Source: Patescibacteria group bacterium (GTDB lineage Bacteria > Patescibacteriota > Microgenomatia > UBA8517). Taken from it: a stretch of 64,000 nucleotides of DNA. The notes beneath the pieces are model-generated. The model worked only from the letters and a program-made list of their open reading frames with translations. It did not search any database and had not been told where the DNA came from. Position numbers and translations under genes: made by a program. The stretch spans positions 180,728 to 244,727 of the forward strand of contig AP024680.1 in the NCBI GenBank assembly GCA_025999275.1, in the 5' to 3' direction. Of this stretch, positions 29,819-41,473 are shown piece by piece (positions within the stretch are counted from its first letter, which is position 1; every line of letters begins with the position of its first letter).

Positions 29819-32800
29819 ATGAATAACAAAAACCAGCACAGAGTATATTTCAGTGAGGAAAAAGGTAATCTTACAGCAGCTGACCTCACTTTTATTCAGA
29901 AGGAATCTTGGCAGTGGTTTTTAGATGAAGCTATATCAAACGAGCTTAAAGAAATTTCTCCAATTGAAGATTTTACTGGTAAGAATTGGGAACTTTATCT
30001 TGAAAACCCTTCTTTAGGAGAACCAACAATAACTTCCAAAAAAGCTTTGGAGAAAGGGTTGACCTATTCTGTGCCTCTTAAAATTACAGCCACTTTAGTT
30101 AATAAGAGAAATGGTAAGAAAGTGACTCAAGAGGTTTTTTTGGGAGAGATTCCTCAAATGACCTCAAGAGGAACTTTTATAATTAGTGGTGTTGAAAGAT
30201 CAGTGGTGAGTCAATTGGTTCGCTCTCCTGGGGTTTATTTTTCTGGTGAACTTGATTCTTCTTCTGGAAGAATGCTTTATCATTCTGAAATTAGGCCATT
30301 GCATGGTACTTGGCTAGAATTTGAAGTGTCTAAAAACGATGTTATATCAGCCCGTATTGATAGGAGAAGAAAAATAACTGCTAGTGTTCTCTTGCGTATA
30401 TTTGGTGTTGAAACTAATGATGAAATCCAGTCTCTCTTTAAGGAAGTAGATAAGGATCCTCAACATAAATATATTTCTTCAACCTTAAATCGTGATCTTA
30501 CCACCAATAAAGAAGAAGCTTTGCTTGATTTCTACAGAAGGATGAGGCCGGGAGAGCCTGTTCTTCTTGAAAATGCTGAAAGTTTGTTTAGAGGGATGTT
30601 TCTTGACCATCGTAGGTATGATTTGGGATCTGTAGGTAGGTTTAAAATAAACAAGAGGTTGGGTCTTGACATTCCCAATGTAAAGCAGAATTGGGTTTTA
30701 ACAAAGGAGGATATCATTTTCACTCTTAAGTATCTAATTGGACTTCAAAACGGTGAGGGAAAAGTTGATGATATCGATCATTTGGCCAATCGTAGGGTAA
30801 GGAGAGTTGGTGAACTCGTATCAACTAACGCTTTTCGGGTTGGGTTGTTAAGACTTGAGAGGTCTATCAAGGAAAAGATGAGCTTAATATCTCCTGCTGA
30901 TAATCCTACCCCATCTTTACTGATTAGCGCCAGACCTTTAGTTGCGTCTTTAAATGAATTTTTCAGATTGAGCCAGCTTTCGGCAATTTTAGATAATACC
31001 AATCCTTTAAGTGAGCTTGATATATTAAGAAAGCTTTCTGTAATGGGTACTGGGGGTATTAATCGGGAAAGAGCTTCGTTTTCTATTCGTGATGTTAGTA
31101 GTTCTCAATATAGCCGTATTGATCCAGTTAGAACTCCTGAAGGTCAGAACATTGGTCTGGTTAATTATTTAGCTCTTTATGCTAGAGTTAATAATTATGG
31201 TTTTATAGAAGCTCCTTACAGAAAAGTTGAAAAGATTAGAAAAGGTGGAAAGACCTTAGTGAAGGTGACAGATGAAATAATTTATCTACCAGCAGATGAT
31301 GAAGAGGAATATCATATTACTCACTGCGGAGTTAATATAGATAAAGATGGATTTATAACGGATGAAAGAGTGGCTTTTCGTTACAAAGGATCAGTTTTAG
31401 AAGGACCAACTCATCTTGTTGATCTTATTGACGTAACGCCAAGGCAGGTGGTTGGAGCTTCTGCTTCTCTTATTCCGTTTTTGGCTCATGATGAAGGTAA
31501 TCGTGCTTTGATGGGAGCTAACATGCAATGTCAAGCTGTACCTTTAATTAAGCCGGAATCTCCTATTGTAGGAACAGGAATGGAAGGCCTAATAGCAAGG
31601 GGAATGGGGCGTCTTATAGAGTCTCAATTTTCTGGAGTGGTTGATTATGCTGATGCTGAAAAGGTTGTTATTAGGTTAGATAAAGAGACAGAAGATAAAG
31701 GATCTGAAGAGGTAGAAATATCTAAAGATGGAAAAACAGCAACTTACTTTTTGACCAAGTTCAAGAAAACATCTCAATCAACATGTTATAACCAAAGAGT
31801 GGTTGTTAAACCAGGAGATAGAGTTGAAAAAGGTGATGTTTTGGCTGATGGGCCATCAATGGAAAATGGAGAACTTGCGTTGGGAAGAAACCTCTTAATT
31901 GCCTATATGTCCCTTGATGGTTACGGTTTTGAAGATGCAATTTTGATTTCAGACCGTTTGGTTAAAGAAGACCTGATGACTTCAATAAATATAGAGGAAT
32001 ATGAGGCTGATGTAGTTGAGACGAAACTTGGCCCAGAAGAATTAACCAGAGATATTCCCAACGTTGCTGAATCTGAACTGGCTAATTTGGCTGAAGATGG
32101 AATTGTTGTCGTTGGGGCTGAGGTTGGGCCTAATGATATTCTAGTAGGTAAAATTGCTCCCAAAGGGGAGACAGAATTGACTGCTGAAGAAAGGCTTTTG
32201 CGGGCCATATTTGGCGAGAAGGCTCGTGAAGTTAGAGATACATCTTTAAGGCTCCCGCATGGAGAGAGGGGTATTGTTGTTGATGTTCAGATTTTGGATC
32301 GAGAAAAAGGAGATGAACTTGGTGCGGGAGTAATCAAGAGAGTTATTGTGAGAGTAGCACAGATGAGAAAAATAACTGTTGGAGATAAAGTGGCAGGTCG
32401 TCACGGGAATAAGGGTGTAATTGCCAAGGTTATGCCTGTTGCTGACATGCCATTCTTGGCAGACGGAACTCCGGTTGATATAATTATTTCTCCACTTTCA
32501 GTGGTTTCTCGTATGAATTTGGGCCAGCTTTTAGAGTGCCATTTAGGTTGGGCAGCTCAAAAACAGGGTATAAAAGTTGCCTTACCTGTTTTTGATGAGA
32601 TTGGTGAAGATAGAATTGTAAATGAACTTAAGAAGGCAAATCTGCCAGTTAATGGAAAGGCGCGTTTGTTTGATGGTAGAACTGGGGAGGCTTTTCTTGA
32701 AGATACTACTGTTGGGATTGCCTATATTATAAAACTTAATCACATGGTAGAGGATAAAACTCATGCTAGATCGACCGGGCCTTATTCTCTGGTAACTCAG

Positions 32801-33220
32801 CAGCCTTTGGGAGGAAAAGCGCAGATGGGAGGTCAGCGTTTGGGAGAGATGGAGGTTTGGGCTCTTGAGGCGCACAGGGCTGCTTATACTTTACAGGAGA
32901 TGTTAACTATTAAATCTGATGATATTGTAGGAAGAGCTAAGGCTTTTGAGGCAATAGTAAAAGGAGTTGACATTCCTCAGTCGACAGTACCTGAAAGCTT
33001 TAAAGTTTTGGTTCGGGAGTTAAATTCTTTGTGTTTGTCTATTGAGGCCTCCGGTCGGGTTAGTAGGGAAGAAGGAGAAATTAGTGAAGAGGTCTCTGAA
33101 TTGGGTTTGGAATTGGAAGAGGCGAGTGGCGCAAAAGAAGTGGCGGTTGCAAGTGAATTGTTAAATCCCGAAGGTCCTATGGAGGTGGATGAAACGCTGC
33201 CTGTGGAAGAAAATAATTAA
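29819..33220 (+). CDS. rpoB: DNA-directed RNA polymerase subunit beta
   Basis: Conserved rifampicin-cluster and catalytic regions (e.g. GPGGLTRERAGFEVRDVH-like SFSIRDVSSSQYSRIDPVRTPEGQNIGLV, NMQRQAVPL-like). ATG at 29819; the track begins at 29774. Confidence 0.95.
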   Translation: MNNKNQHRVYFSEEKGNLTAADLTFIQKESWQWFLDEAISNELKEISPIEDFTGKNWELYLENPSLGEPTITSKKALEKGLTYSVPLKITATLVNKRNGKKVTQEVFLGEIPQMTSRGTFIISGVERSVVSQLVRSPGVYFSGELDSSSGRMLYHSEIRPLHGTWLEFEVSKNDVISARIDRRRKITASVLLRIFGVETNDEIQSLFKEVDKDPQHKYISSTLNRDLTTNKEEALLDFYRRMRPGEPVLLENAESLFRGMFLDHRRYDLGSVGRFKINKRLGLDIPNVKQNWVLTKEDIIFTLKYLIGLQNGEGKVDDIDHLANRRVRRVGELVSTNAFRVGLLRLERSIKEKMSLISPADNPTPSLLISARPLVASLNEFFRLSQLSAILDNTNPLSELDILRKLSVMGTGGINRERASFSIRDVSSSQYSRIDPVRTPEGQNIGLVNYLALYARVNNYGFIEAPYRKVEKIRKGGKTLVKVTDEIIYLPADDEEEYHITHCGVNIDKDGFITDERVAFRYKGSVLEGPTHLVDLIDVTPRQVVGASASLIPFLAHDEGNRALMGANMQCQAVPLIKPESPIVGTGMEGLIARGMGRLIESQFSGVVDYADAEKVVIRLDKETEDKGSEEVEISKDGKTATYFLTKFKKTSQSTCYNQRVVVKPGDRVEKGDVLADGPSMENGELALGRNLLIAYMSLDGYGFEDAILISDRLVKEDLMTSINIEEYEADVVETKLGPEELTRDIPNVAESELANLAEDGIVVVGAEVGPNDILVGKIAPKGETELTAEERLLRAIFGEKAREVRDTSLRLPHGERGIVVDVQILDREKGDELGAGVIKRVIVRVAQMRKITVGDKVAGRHGNKGVIAKVMPVADMPFLADGTPVDIIISPLSVVSRMNLGQLLECHLGWAAQKQGIKVALPVFDEIGEDRIVNELKKANLPVNGKARLFDGRTGEAFLEDTTVGIAYIIKLNHMVEDKTHARSTGPYSLVTQQPLGGKAQMGGQRLGEMEVWALEAHRAAYTLQEMLTIKSDDIVGRAKAFEAIVKGVDIPQSTVPESFKVLVRELNSLCLSIEASGRVSREEGEISEEVSELGLELEEASGAKEVAVASELLNPEGPMEVDETLPVEENN

Positions 33221-33221
33221 T

Positions 33222-36200
33222 ATGGATCCTTTATCTGATTTTAAAGACTTAACTGATTTTACAAGCTTAATAATTAAGCTTGCTTCCCCTGAGGAGATCA
33301 GGAAATGGTCGCGTGGTGAAGTAACTAAACCTGAGACCATAAATTATCGGACTTTGAAGCCGGAGAAAGATGGGCTTTTTGATGAGAGAATTTTTGGGCC
33401 GACAAAAGACTGGGAATGTTATTGTGGTAAATATAAAAGAATAAGGTATAAAGGTGTTGTTTGTGACAAGTGTGGTGTTGAGGTAACTTTGTCTAGGGTC
33501 AGGCGTGAGAGAATGGGGCATATCAATTTGGTTGCTCCTGTTGCTCATGTTTGGTATTTCAAAGGGGCTCCTTCTAAGATATCTCTTGTTCTAGATATTC
33601 CCCCAAGAGCAGTTGAACAGGTTATCTACTTTGCTAGACATTTGGTAATAAAACTGGATGAAAAAGGAAAGAAAGAAGCTATTATCAATTTAGATAAAGC
33701 TAGAAAGGATTCTATCTTGAAGTTTGATCAAGATTTTGAAGAAAAGAAGAGTGTCTTGAGAAAATCTGCTTCTGAGGATAAAGAAAAGGTAGATAAGAAG
33801 ATTAAGAATAAAGAGCAAGCCTCTTTAGCCAAACTTGAAATCGATCTTGAGTTAAGAAAAAGAGAACAGCTTTTAACAGACGAGCACAACTTAAACGTTG
33901 AGAGAACAAATCAGTTGTTTGATAATTTGGTAAGCCTGGTTAAAAATCTCAAAGTCTTTGATGTTATAAGTGAGGATGAGTTAGATCAACTTCGTTCATA
34001 CCAAGCTGACATCTTTTTTGAGACAAAGACTGGCGCAGAAGCTATATTGTCAGCCTTGGAAACAGTTAATTTGGAAGAATTGTCTGCCTCTTTGCGTAAA
34101 GAGATGCTACAGACAAAAGAGAATACTCCTAGATTTGTAAAGTTAGCCAAGAGGTTGAAGCTAATTGATGGAATGCGCAAGTCAAAGATAAATCCTGCCT
34201 GGATGATTCTTAAGGTTTTGCCAGTTTTACCTCCTGATTTGAGGCCTATGGTTCAGCTTTCAGGAGGAAGGTTTGCAACAAGTGATCTAAACGACCTTTA
34301 TCGCCGTGTAATTAACCGCAATAATCGTCTTAAGCATCTAATAAACCTGGGAGCTCCAGAGATTATTTTGAGAAACGAGAAAAGAATGTTACAGGAGGCA
34401 GTTGATTCTTTGATTGACGCTTCTCAAAAGAAAGCTACTCGCCGAGGAAGAGGTAAACAGCCTCTAAGGTCGCTTTCTGACATGTTGAAGGGTAAACAAG
34501 GTCGTTTCAGACAAAACTTGTTGGGTAAAAGAGTAGATTATTCTGGTCGAAGTGTAATTGTAGTTGGGCCAGAGTTAAGACTTAATGAATGTGGTTTGCC
34601 AAAAGAGATGGCTCTTGAGATGTTTAAGCCTTTTGTTTTGCGAGAGATGATCAAGAGAGGTATTGCACCAAATGTCAAAAGTGCTAAGAATATGCTTGAA
34701 AGAAGACCTGATGAAGTCTTTGATATCTTAGAGGAAATCACCAAAAACCATCCTGTTCTTTTGAATCGTGCTCCTACTCTTCATAAGTTAAGTATTCTGG
34801 CTTTTTATCCTGTTTTAATTGAAGGAAGCGCAATTAGACTTCATCCGGTTGTCTGTAGTGGATTTAATGCTGATTTTGATGGAGATCAAATGGCTGTTCA
34901 TGTACCTCTTTCACAAAAAGCAATTGATGAGGCTAAAAACTTGATGATGCCTGAAAAAAATCTGCTTAAACCAGCTGATGGTTCGCCAATTGCTATTCCT
35001 TCTAGAAAGGAAATGGCCTTGGGAATTTATTATCTGACAGATATTGATAATAGAATTTCTCCTTGCAAGACTATCTTTTCAGACAAAGATGAGGCGGTTT
35101 TGGCCTATCAATCGGGTTTGATTCAGATTAGACAGGAGATATCTCTTAGAATGGATGGGAAAATTATAAAGACATCGGTGGGAAGAATATTCTTTAACGA
35201 AGTTCTTCCTGAAGGTTTCGGTTTTATAAATGAGGCGGTTACATCAAGTGTTATTAAAAATATATTTAATCGAGTATTGTCTGATTATGACCAAAAGATT
35301 GTTATTGATACCATAGATAAGGTTAAAAATCTAGGTTTCTGGGGAGGTTCTATTGCTGGTATTTCTATGTCTATTTTTGATGCTGTAGTTCATCCTGATA
35401 AGGATAAAATGATTAAGGAAGCTGAAAAGAGATTGGCTGAAATTGAAAGTAATTATGCTCAAGGGTTAATAACAGCCCAAGAGAAGAAGAGATTTACGGA
35501 GGAAGTGTGGATTGAAGTAAGTGAGGAACTTGCTGATAGAACTTGGGAGCTTTTTGATAAAGACAATCCAATTAGAGTGGTTATTGATGCTAAAGTTGGA
35601 AGAGCTTCAAGAGACCAGGTTAAACAGCTTGCGGCAATGCGTGGTTTGATTACCGATCCTCTTGGAAAAACAGTTGAGCTTCCAATTAAATCTAACTTTA
35701 GGGAAGGGTTGTCTGTTTTTGAATATGTTACTTCGAGCCGAGGTTCAAGAAAAGGACTTACTGATACTGCTTTGAAGACTGCAGATGCTGGTTATTTGAC
35801 TAGAAGGTTGGTTGATGTGACACACGATGTTATTATTAGAGATGAGGACTGTGGAACAGATGAGGGGTTGAAAGTAAGTCTTAAAGGTAAAAGAGAAAGT
35901 GTTCTTTTCAATATTACAGGTCGGGTTTTATCATCTGATGTTGTTGTTCCGAAGACAAAGAAAGTTTTGTTTGCAAAAGGTGATTTGATTGATGATGTTA
36001 AAGCTGCAAAGATAATTGATCTTGGAATTGAAGAGATTGAGGTTTTTTCTCCATTAACTTGTAAATTAAGTCACGGTGTTTGTGCTAAATGTTATGGTTT
36101 GGATCTCTCAAACAAGAAGATGGTTGAGATAGGCACTCCTGTTGGGGTAATTGCTGCACAGTCGATAGGAGAACCTGGTACACAGTTAACCTTGAGGACC

Positions 36201-36953
36201 AAACACTCAGCTGGTGTGGTGGGTGTTGATGTGACACAAGGTTTGCCTAGAGTAGAAGAACTCTTTGAGGCTAGAACTCCAAAAGTTACAGCTCCAATTA
36301 GTGAAATAGCAGGTAAAGTAACAGTTTCAGAAACCGAAGAAGGTTGGAAAGTAGTGGTTTCAACTTCTACCTCTGGTCTTAAAGACAGAAGAGAATATAT
36401 TATTCCCAAGACTTTGAACCTGACTGTTAAAAATGGTCAAAAAATAGAAATTGGCTATCCTTTGGCGTCAGCACCACTTGATTTAAGAGAGATAATGGCC
36501 ATTAAAGGCTTGAGGTTTGCTCAAGAGTATATTATCTCTCAAGTTAAAGCAGTTTATGAATCTCAAGGTATTGCAATTCACGATAAGCATTTTGAAATAA
36601 TAGTTAGAAAGATGAGCGATAAGGTCAAGGTTGCAAGCTGTGGAGATACATCTTTCTTGCCCGGTGAATTAGTAGATAAGGTTTCGTTTGAGGAAGAGAA
36701 CAGAAAGGTTTTGGCTGCAGGTGGTGAACCCGCAAGCGCTCAGCAAGTTATATTGGGTATAACTAGAAGATCGCTTTATACAGACAGTTGGCTTTCTGCG
36801 GCCTCGTTTGAGCAAACAACAGAAGTTTTGACAGAGTCTTCACTTGAAGGTAAAGAGGATAATCTTTTAGGATTGAAAGAGAATGTTATTATAGGAAGGC
36901 TGATTCCAGTAACACCTGAAACTGCTCGTTTGCCTGAAGGGGCAAAAATCTGA
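33222..36953 (+). CDS. rpoC: DNA-directed RNA polymerase subunit beta'
   Basis: Zinc-binding CYCGKYKRIRYKGVVCDKCGV, the NADFDGDQM catalytic motif and a trigger-loop region. ATG 1 nt after the rpoB stop. Confidence 0.95.
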   Translation: MDPLSDFKDLTDFTSLIIKLASPEEIRKWSRGEVTKPETINYRTLKPEKDGLFDERIFGPTKDWECYCGKYKRIRYKGVVCDKCGVEVTLSRVRRERMGHINLVAPVAHVWYFKGAPSKISLVLDIPPRAVEQVIYFARHLVIKLDEKGKKEAIINLDKARKDSILKFDQDFEEKKSVLRKSASEDKEKVDKKIKNKEQASLAKLEIDLELRKREQLLTDEHNLNVERTNQLFDNLVSLVKNLKVFDVISEDELDQLRSYQADIFFETKTGAEAILSALETVNLEELSASLRKEMLQTKENTPRFVKLAKRLKLIDGMRKSKINPAWMILKVLPVLPPDLRPMVQLSGGRFATSDLNDLYRRVINRNNRLKHLINLGAPEIILRNEKRMLQEAVDSLIDASQKKATRRGRGKQPLRSLSDMLKGKQGRFRQNLLGKRVDYSGRSVIVVGPELRLNECGLPKEMALEMFKPFVLREMIKRGIAPNVKSAKNMLERRPDEVFDILEEITKNHPVLLNRAPTLHKLSILAFYPVLIEGSAIRLHPVVCSGFNADFDGDQMAVHVPLSQKAIDEAKNLMMPEKNLLKPADGSPIAIPSRKEMALGIYYLTDIDNRISPCKTIFSDKDEAVLAYQSGLIQIRQEISLRMDGKIIKTSVGRIFFNEVLPEGFGFINEAVTSSVIKNIFNRVLSDYDQKIVIDTIDKVKNLGFWGGSIAGISMSIFDAVVHPDKDKMIKEAEKRLAEIESNYAQGLITAQEKKRFTEEVWIEVSEELADRTWELFDKDNPIRVVIDAKVGRASRDQVKQLAAMRGLITDPLGKTVELPIKSNFREGLSVFEYVTSSRGSRKGLTDTALKTADAGYLTRRLVDVTHDVIIRDEDCGTDEGLKVSLKGKRESVLFNITGRVLSSDVVVPKTKKVLFAKGDLIDDVKAAKIIDLGIEEIEVFSPLTCKLSHGVCAKCYGLDLSNKKMVEIGTPVGVIAAQSIGEPGTQLTLRTKHSAGVVGVDVTQGLPRVEELFEARTPKVTAPISEIAGKVTVSETEEGWKVVVSTSTSGLKDRREYIIPKTLNLTVKNGQKIEIGYPLASAPLDLREIMAIKGLRFAQEYIISQVKAVYESQGIAIHDKHFEIIVRKMSDKVKVASCGDTSFLPGELVDKVSFEEENRKVLAAGGEPASAQQVILGITRRSLYTDSWLSAASFEQTTEVLTESSLEGKEDNLLGLKENVIIGRLIPVTPETARLPEGAKI

Positions 36954-36973
36954 TAGAATATTCAAGCAAATTA

Positions 36974-37015
36974 CCTTTGGTTCTTGTCCATTGTTAACAA
37001 AACAAAGGTTTTTTT
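36974..37015 (+). terminator. Putative intrinsic terminator after rpoC (CCTTTG...CAAAGG stem plus T7)
   Basis: 6-bp outer stem with an internal TTGTTAACAA palindrome, followed by a T-run. Confidence 0.4.
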
Positions 37016-37031
37016 GTGTTTTTAATGATTT

Positions 37032-37484
37032 ATGCCAACAGTATTACAATTAATTAGAAAAGGTAGAAAAAAAATAGTTAAAAGGACCAAAAAGGCGGCC
37101 CTTAGGCGCTGGTTTAATGCAAAAGATAGGAAATATGGTGAATTACCATCTCCCTTCAAGAGGGGGGTTGTTTTGCAAGTAAGAACAATGACACCCAAGA
37201 AGCCAAATTCTGCTTTGCGAAAGGTAGCTCGTGTTAGGCTTTCCAATAAACAAGAGGTTACAGCTTATATTCCTGGTGAAGGGCATGAGTTAATCGAGCA
37301 TTCAGTTGTGTTGATAAAAGGCGGAAGGGTAAAGGATTTACCAGGTGTGAAGTATAAGATTGTCCGTGGAAAGTATGACACTACTGGTGTAGTGGGGCGT
37401 AAGACATCTCGAAGTAAATATGGGGCTAAGAAAGAAGGTAAGGGAGGCTCAGCCTCATCCCAATCAGCTTCGGCTGCTAATTAA
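37032..37484 (+). CDS. rpsL: 30S ribosomal protein S12 with a Gly/Ser-rich C-terminal extension
   Basis: [60 protein letters not shown]. Confidence 0.95.
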   Translation: MPTVLQLIRKGRKKIVKRTKKAALRRWFNAKDRKYGELPSPFKRGVVLQVRTMTPKKPNSALRKVARVRLSNKQEVTAYIPGEGHELIEHSVVLIKGGRVKDLPGVKYKIVRGKYDTTGVVGRKTSRSKYGAKKEGKGGSASSQSASAAN

Positions 37485-37490
37485 AGTATT

Positions 37491-37967
37491 ATGGCAAGGA
37501 AAGGACTAGTAAAACCAAGAGAAATAAAACCAGATCCTGTTTATAAAAATCGTTTGGTAGCAAAATTAATTAATTGTTCGATGAGAGACGGTAAAAAGAG
37601 CGTGGCAGAAAAACAGGTTTATGGAGCTTTTGAGATTATTAAAAGCAAGGGGCTTGATCCAATTAAAGTTTTTGCTGAAGCTGTAGCTAATGTTAAACCT
37701 ACGATGGAGGTAAGACCAAGAAGGATTGGAGGGGCAGCTTATCAAGTTCCTGTAGCTGTGCGTGGCCCAAGAAAAGAATCACTGGCTATTCGTTGGATTG
37801 TTATGGGAGCGAGATCAAGATCAAATAGTGAATTTCACACCTTTTCAGAGAAATTAGCGGCAGAAATTTTAGATGCCTCGAAAGGAGAAGGTTTTGCTGT
37901 TAAGAAAAGACAAGATATGGAAAAAATGGCAGAAGCCAATAGGGCTTTTGCTCACTTCCGTTGGTAA
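37491..37967 (+). CDS. rpsG: 30S ribosomal protein S7
   Basis: S7 signature ...[25 protein letters not shown]... and ...[12 protein letters not shown].... Canonical position in the str operon. Confidence 0.9.
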   Translation: MARKGLVKPREIKPDPVYKNRLVAKLINCSMRDGKKSVAEKQVYGAFEIIKSKGLDPIKVFAEAVANVKPTMEVRPRRIGGAAYQVPVAVRGPRKESLAIRWIVMGARSRSNSEFHTFSEKLAAEILDASKGEGFAVKKRQDMEKMAEANRAFAHFRW

Positions 37968-37975
37968 TTTAGCCT

Positions 37976-40150
37976 ATGTCTCAAGTTCAAGCTACTAAAA
38001 AGAAAGCGTCTTTGGTTTTTACGGCTACAAAAGACCGTAACCTCCCTATGGAAATGATTAGGAATATTGGTATTATTGCTCATATCGATGCAGGTAAGAC
38101 TACAACTACAGAAAGAATTTTATTTGAAACAGGAAGAACTTATCGATTGGGTTCAGTTGATGAGGGTACTACTGCTACAGACTGGATGGAACAGGAAAGA
38201 GAGCGTGGAATTACCATTGTTTCAGCAGCAATTACCACATTTTGGAGTTTAAAACAAGAAACTTCGGTTAAGGATGGCCAGTATAGAATTAATATTATTG
38301 ACACTCCAGGTCATATTGATTTTACTGCTGAAGTTGAGAGATCTTTGAGGGTTCTTGATGGTGCTGTTGTTGTTTTTGACGGTAGAACTGGGGTTGAAAG
38401 TCAATCAGAGACTGTTTGGCGTCAAGCTGATAAATATAAAGTTCCAAGAATTTGTGTCTTAAACAAGCTTAATCTTATTGGTGCTGATTTTGAGGGTAGT
38501 TTGAAATCAATTTATGAAAGATTGGGGGCAAATGCAGCACCAGTGATTTACCCAATAGGTATAGAACACAACTTGAGGGGTGCAATAGATCTGATAAAAA
38601 TGAAGGCGTTTACTTATTCTGGGATCGAGGATAACAAGTTGGTTGAAGATGAAATTCCTGCTGAATACAAGGAAATAGCTGAGAAATATCGTGGTGAGCT
38701 TCTAGAGAAAATTGCAGAATATGATGACGATGTTTTAGCTAAATATTTAAATGGTGAAGAACTAACTGAGGCCGAAATTAAGAGAGCTATAAGGAAAGGT
38801 GTAGTTTCTGGAAAGTTTTTCCCGGTTTTTGGTGGAGATAATAGAACTGCAATTATTCAGTTATTGCTTAATGGAATAGTTGAATATTTACCTTCTCCTT
38901 TAGATTTACCGCCAGTTCATGGTATTAATCCCAAGACTCAGGAAGCTGAAATTAGAGAGCCCAAAAATGAAGCTCCGTTTTCGGCTCTTGCCTTTAAGGT
39001 GATGACAGACCCTCATGTTGGTCGTTTGGTTTACTTGCGTGTCTATTCGGGTATAATTAAGACAGGTCAACAAGTTTTAAATTCAACAAAGTTAGTCAAT
39101 GAAAGGATTGGCAAACTTGTCTTACTTCATGCTGATCAAAGAGAATTAATTGAAGAAGCCTATGCTGGTGAGATTGTGGCAGCAGTTGGCTTGAAAGATA
39201 CCACTACTGGTCACACTCTTTGTGATCCTAACAAACCGATTATCCTTGAATCAATAAAATTCCCTGAGCCTGTTATTTCCCTAGCAATTGAACCGGCTAC
39301 AAAATCTGATCAGGAAAAAATGGGTATAGCTTTGGGCAAACTTCTGGACGAGGACCCGACTTTTCGTGTTAAATCAAATCAAGAAACTGGCCAGACAATT
39401 ATTTCTGGGATGGGCGAACTTCAGCTTGAGATTTTAGTTGATAGAATGAAAAGAGAGTTTGGTGTTGAAGCCAAGATTGGGGCTCCGCAAGTGGCTTATA
39501 AAGAAACTATTAAGAAAGTTGGTAAAGGCGAAGGTAAGTATATTAGACAAACTGGGGGTCGAGGGCAGTATGGACATTGCTTTCTTCGAGTTGAACCTTT
39601 GGGAAGGGGAGAGGGTATTAAGTTTATTTCTGAGATAAAAGGTGGAGCAATTCCTGCGGAATTTATTCCTGCTGTTGAAAAAGGTGTTAGAGAGAAGCTT
39701 GAGAATGGTGTTTTGGCTGGCTATCCAATTACTGATTTGGCAGTTTATCTTTATGATGGCACTTATCATGAAGTTGATTCTTCAGAAATTGCTTTCAAGA
39801 TTGCCGGTTCGATGGCAGTTGAACAGGCTGTAAGAGAGGCTGATATGGTTCTGCTTGAACCAATTGTGAAGGTAGAGGTTGCTACACCCAAGGAATTTAT
39901 GGGAGATATAATTGGAGATTTGTCTTCAAAGAGAGCTCAGATTCAAGGTACTGAAGAAAAGGGGGATATGACATATATTTATGCTTTTGCCCCTTTGGCC
40001 GAACTTTCAGGCTATGTGACTAAGGTTAGATCAATTTCCCAAGGACGAGCTGTTCCTTATATTGAGCCGAGTCATTATGAAGAAGTACCTAGAAATATAG
40101 CTGATCAGATAATTGAGAAATCGGGTAAGGTGACTATGCCTCGAGGATAG
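37976..40150 (+). CDS. fusA: Elongation factor G
   Basis: RNIGIIAHIDAGKTTTTERIL, DTPGHIDFT and domain IV/V motifs. Confidence 0.95.
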   Translation: MSQVQATKKKASLVFTATKDRNLPMEMIRNIGIIAHIDAGKTTTTERILFETGRTYRLGSVDEGTTATDWMEQERERGITIVSAAITTFWSLKQETSVKDGQYRINIIDTPGHIDFTAEVERSLRVLDGAVVVFDGRTGVESQSETVWRQADKYKVPRICVLNKLNLIGADFEGSLKSIYERLGANAAPVIYPIGIEHNLRGAIDLIKMKAFTYSGIEDNKLVEDEIPAEYKEIAEKYRGELLEKIAEYDDDVLAKYLNGEELTEAEIKRAIRKGVVSGKFFPVFGGDNRTAIIQLLLNGIVEYLPSPLDLPPVHGINPKTQEAEIREPKNEAPFSALAFKVMTDPHVGRLVYLRVYSGIIKTGQQVLNSTKLVNERIGKLVLLHADQRELIEEAYAGEIVAAVGLKDTTTGHTLCDPNKPIILESIKFPEPVISLAIEPATKSDQEKMGIALGKLLDEDPTFRVKSNQETGQTIISGMGELQLEILVDRMKREFGVEAKIGAPQVAYKETIKKVGKGEGKYIRQTGGRGQYGHCFLRVEPLGRGEGIKFISEIKGGAIPAEFIPAVEKGVREKLENGVLAGYPITDLAVYLYDGTYHEVDSSEIAFKIAGSMAVEQAVREADMVLLEPIVKVEVATPKEFMGDIIGDLSSKRAQIQGTEEKGDMTYIYAFAPLAELSGYVTKVRSISQGRAVPYIEPSHYEEVPRNIADQIIEKSGKVTMPRG

Positions 40151-40165
40151 GATTAAAAATCCCTC

Positions 40166-40195
40166 TTGACATTTCGTTTTCGCCTCGAGTATAAT
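40166..40195 (+). promoter_or_regulatory. Internal promoter upstream of tuf: TTGACA, 18-nt spacer, TATAAT
   Basis: Near-consensus -35 and -10 hexamers in the fusA-tuf spacer. Confidence 0.5.
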
Positions 40196-40247
40196 CACCA
40201 CTAGTATTTTAAAAGATAGGGTCTTTGTGCTCTATAAAAGTAAAAAT

Positions 40248-41447
40248 ATGGCAGGAGAAACAAAACAAAAATTTGAGAGAACAAAACCGCATGTAAATGT
40301 TGGAACTATTGGCCATGTTGATCATGGTAAGACCACTTTAACTGCGGCTATTACTACTGTTTTATCCAAGCAACCTGGAAATAATACAAGAGCTTATAGG
40401 TTTGATGAAATTGACAACGCTCCAGAAGAGAAACAGAGAGGTGTTACCATTAACATATCTCATCTTGAGTATGAAACAGAAAAACGTCATTATGCTCATA
40501 TTGATGCTCCTGGTCACGCTGACTATATCAAGAACATGATCACTGGTGCAGCTCAAATGGATGGTGCTATTTTGGTTATTTCAGCTGCTGATGGTCCGAT
40601 GCCTCAAACTAGAGAGCATGTTATTTTAGCTCGTCAGGTAAACGTTCCTGCAATTGTAGTTTTCTTGAACAAGATTGATACTGTTGATGATCCAGAAATT
40701 GTTGATTTGGTTGAAGCTGATGTTCGTGAGCTTCTTAAGAAATATGAGTATCCTGGTGATGAAGTGCCTGTAATTAGGGGTTCAGCTCTTAAGGCTTTAG
40801 AAGGAGATCCTGAAGCAGAAAAACAAATTTTGGAGTTAATGAAAGCTGTAGATGAGTATATTCCTGAGCCAAAAAGAGATGTTGATAAGCCTTTCTTGAT
40901 GCCAATTGAAGATGTTTTCTCTATTAAAGGAAGAGGTACGGTTGTTACAGGTAGAGTTGAAAGAGGTAAACTAACTGTAAATGAGGAAGTCGAAATGGTT
41001 GGTCTTAGACCAACACAGAAAACTGTAGTTACTGGTCTTGAGATGTTTAGAAAGACTCTTGATTATGCTGAAGCCGGAGACAATGTTGGAGTTTTATTGC
41101 GCGGTATTGAAAAAGATCAAGTCGAGAGAGGTCAAGTTCTGGCCAAGCCTGGAACAATTACTCCTCATACCGAGTTTGAGGCAGAAGTTTATATCTTGAG
41201 TAAGGATGAAGGAGGAAGGCACACTCCATTCTTCTCAGGTTATAAGCCCCAATTCTTTATTAAAACTGCTGATATTACAGGAGAAGTAACTTTGCCTGAA
41301 GGTATAGAAATGGTTATGCCTGGTGATAATGCTAAGATGAAGGTTAAATTGATTCAACCTGTTGCTATGGAAGAAGGTTTCAGATTCGCCATTCGTGAAG
41401 GTGGAAGCACAGTTGGTGCAGGTGTTATTACAAAAATAATTGCTTAA
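40248..41447 (+). CDS. tuf: Elongation factor Tu
   Basis: [31 protein letters not shown] and NKID motifs. ATG at 40248. Confidence 0.95.
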   Translation: MAGETKQKFERTKPHVNVGTIGHVDHGKTTLTAAITTVLSKQPGNNTRAYRFDEIDNAPEEKQRGVTINISHLEYETEKRHYAHIDAPGHADYIKNMITGAAQMDGAILVISAADGPMPQTREHVILARQVNVPAIVVFLNKIDTVDDPEIVDLVEADVRELLKKYEYPGDEVPVIRGSALKALEGDPEAEKQILELMKAVDEYIPEPKRDVDKPFLMPIEDVFSIKGRGTVVTGRVERGKLTVNEEVEMVGLRPTQKTVVTGLEMFRKTLDYAEAGDNVGVLLRGIEKDQVERGQVLAKPGTITPHTEFEAEVYILSKDEGGRHTPFFSGYKPQFFIKTADITGEVTLPEGIEMVMPGDNAKMKVKLIQPVAMEEGFRFAIREGGSTVGAGVITKIIA

Positions 41448-41473
41448 AAATAGCTCTTTAAGGCCAATATTTT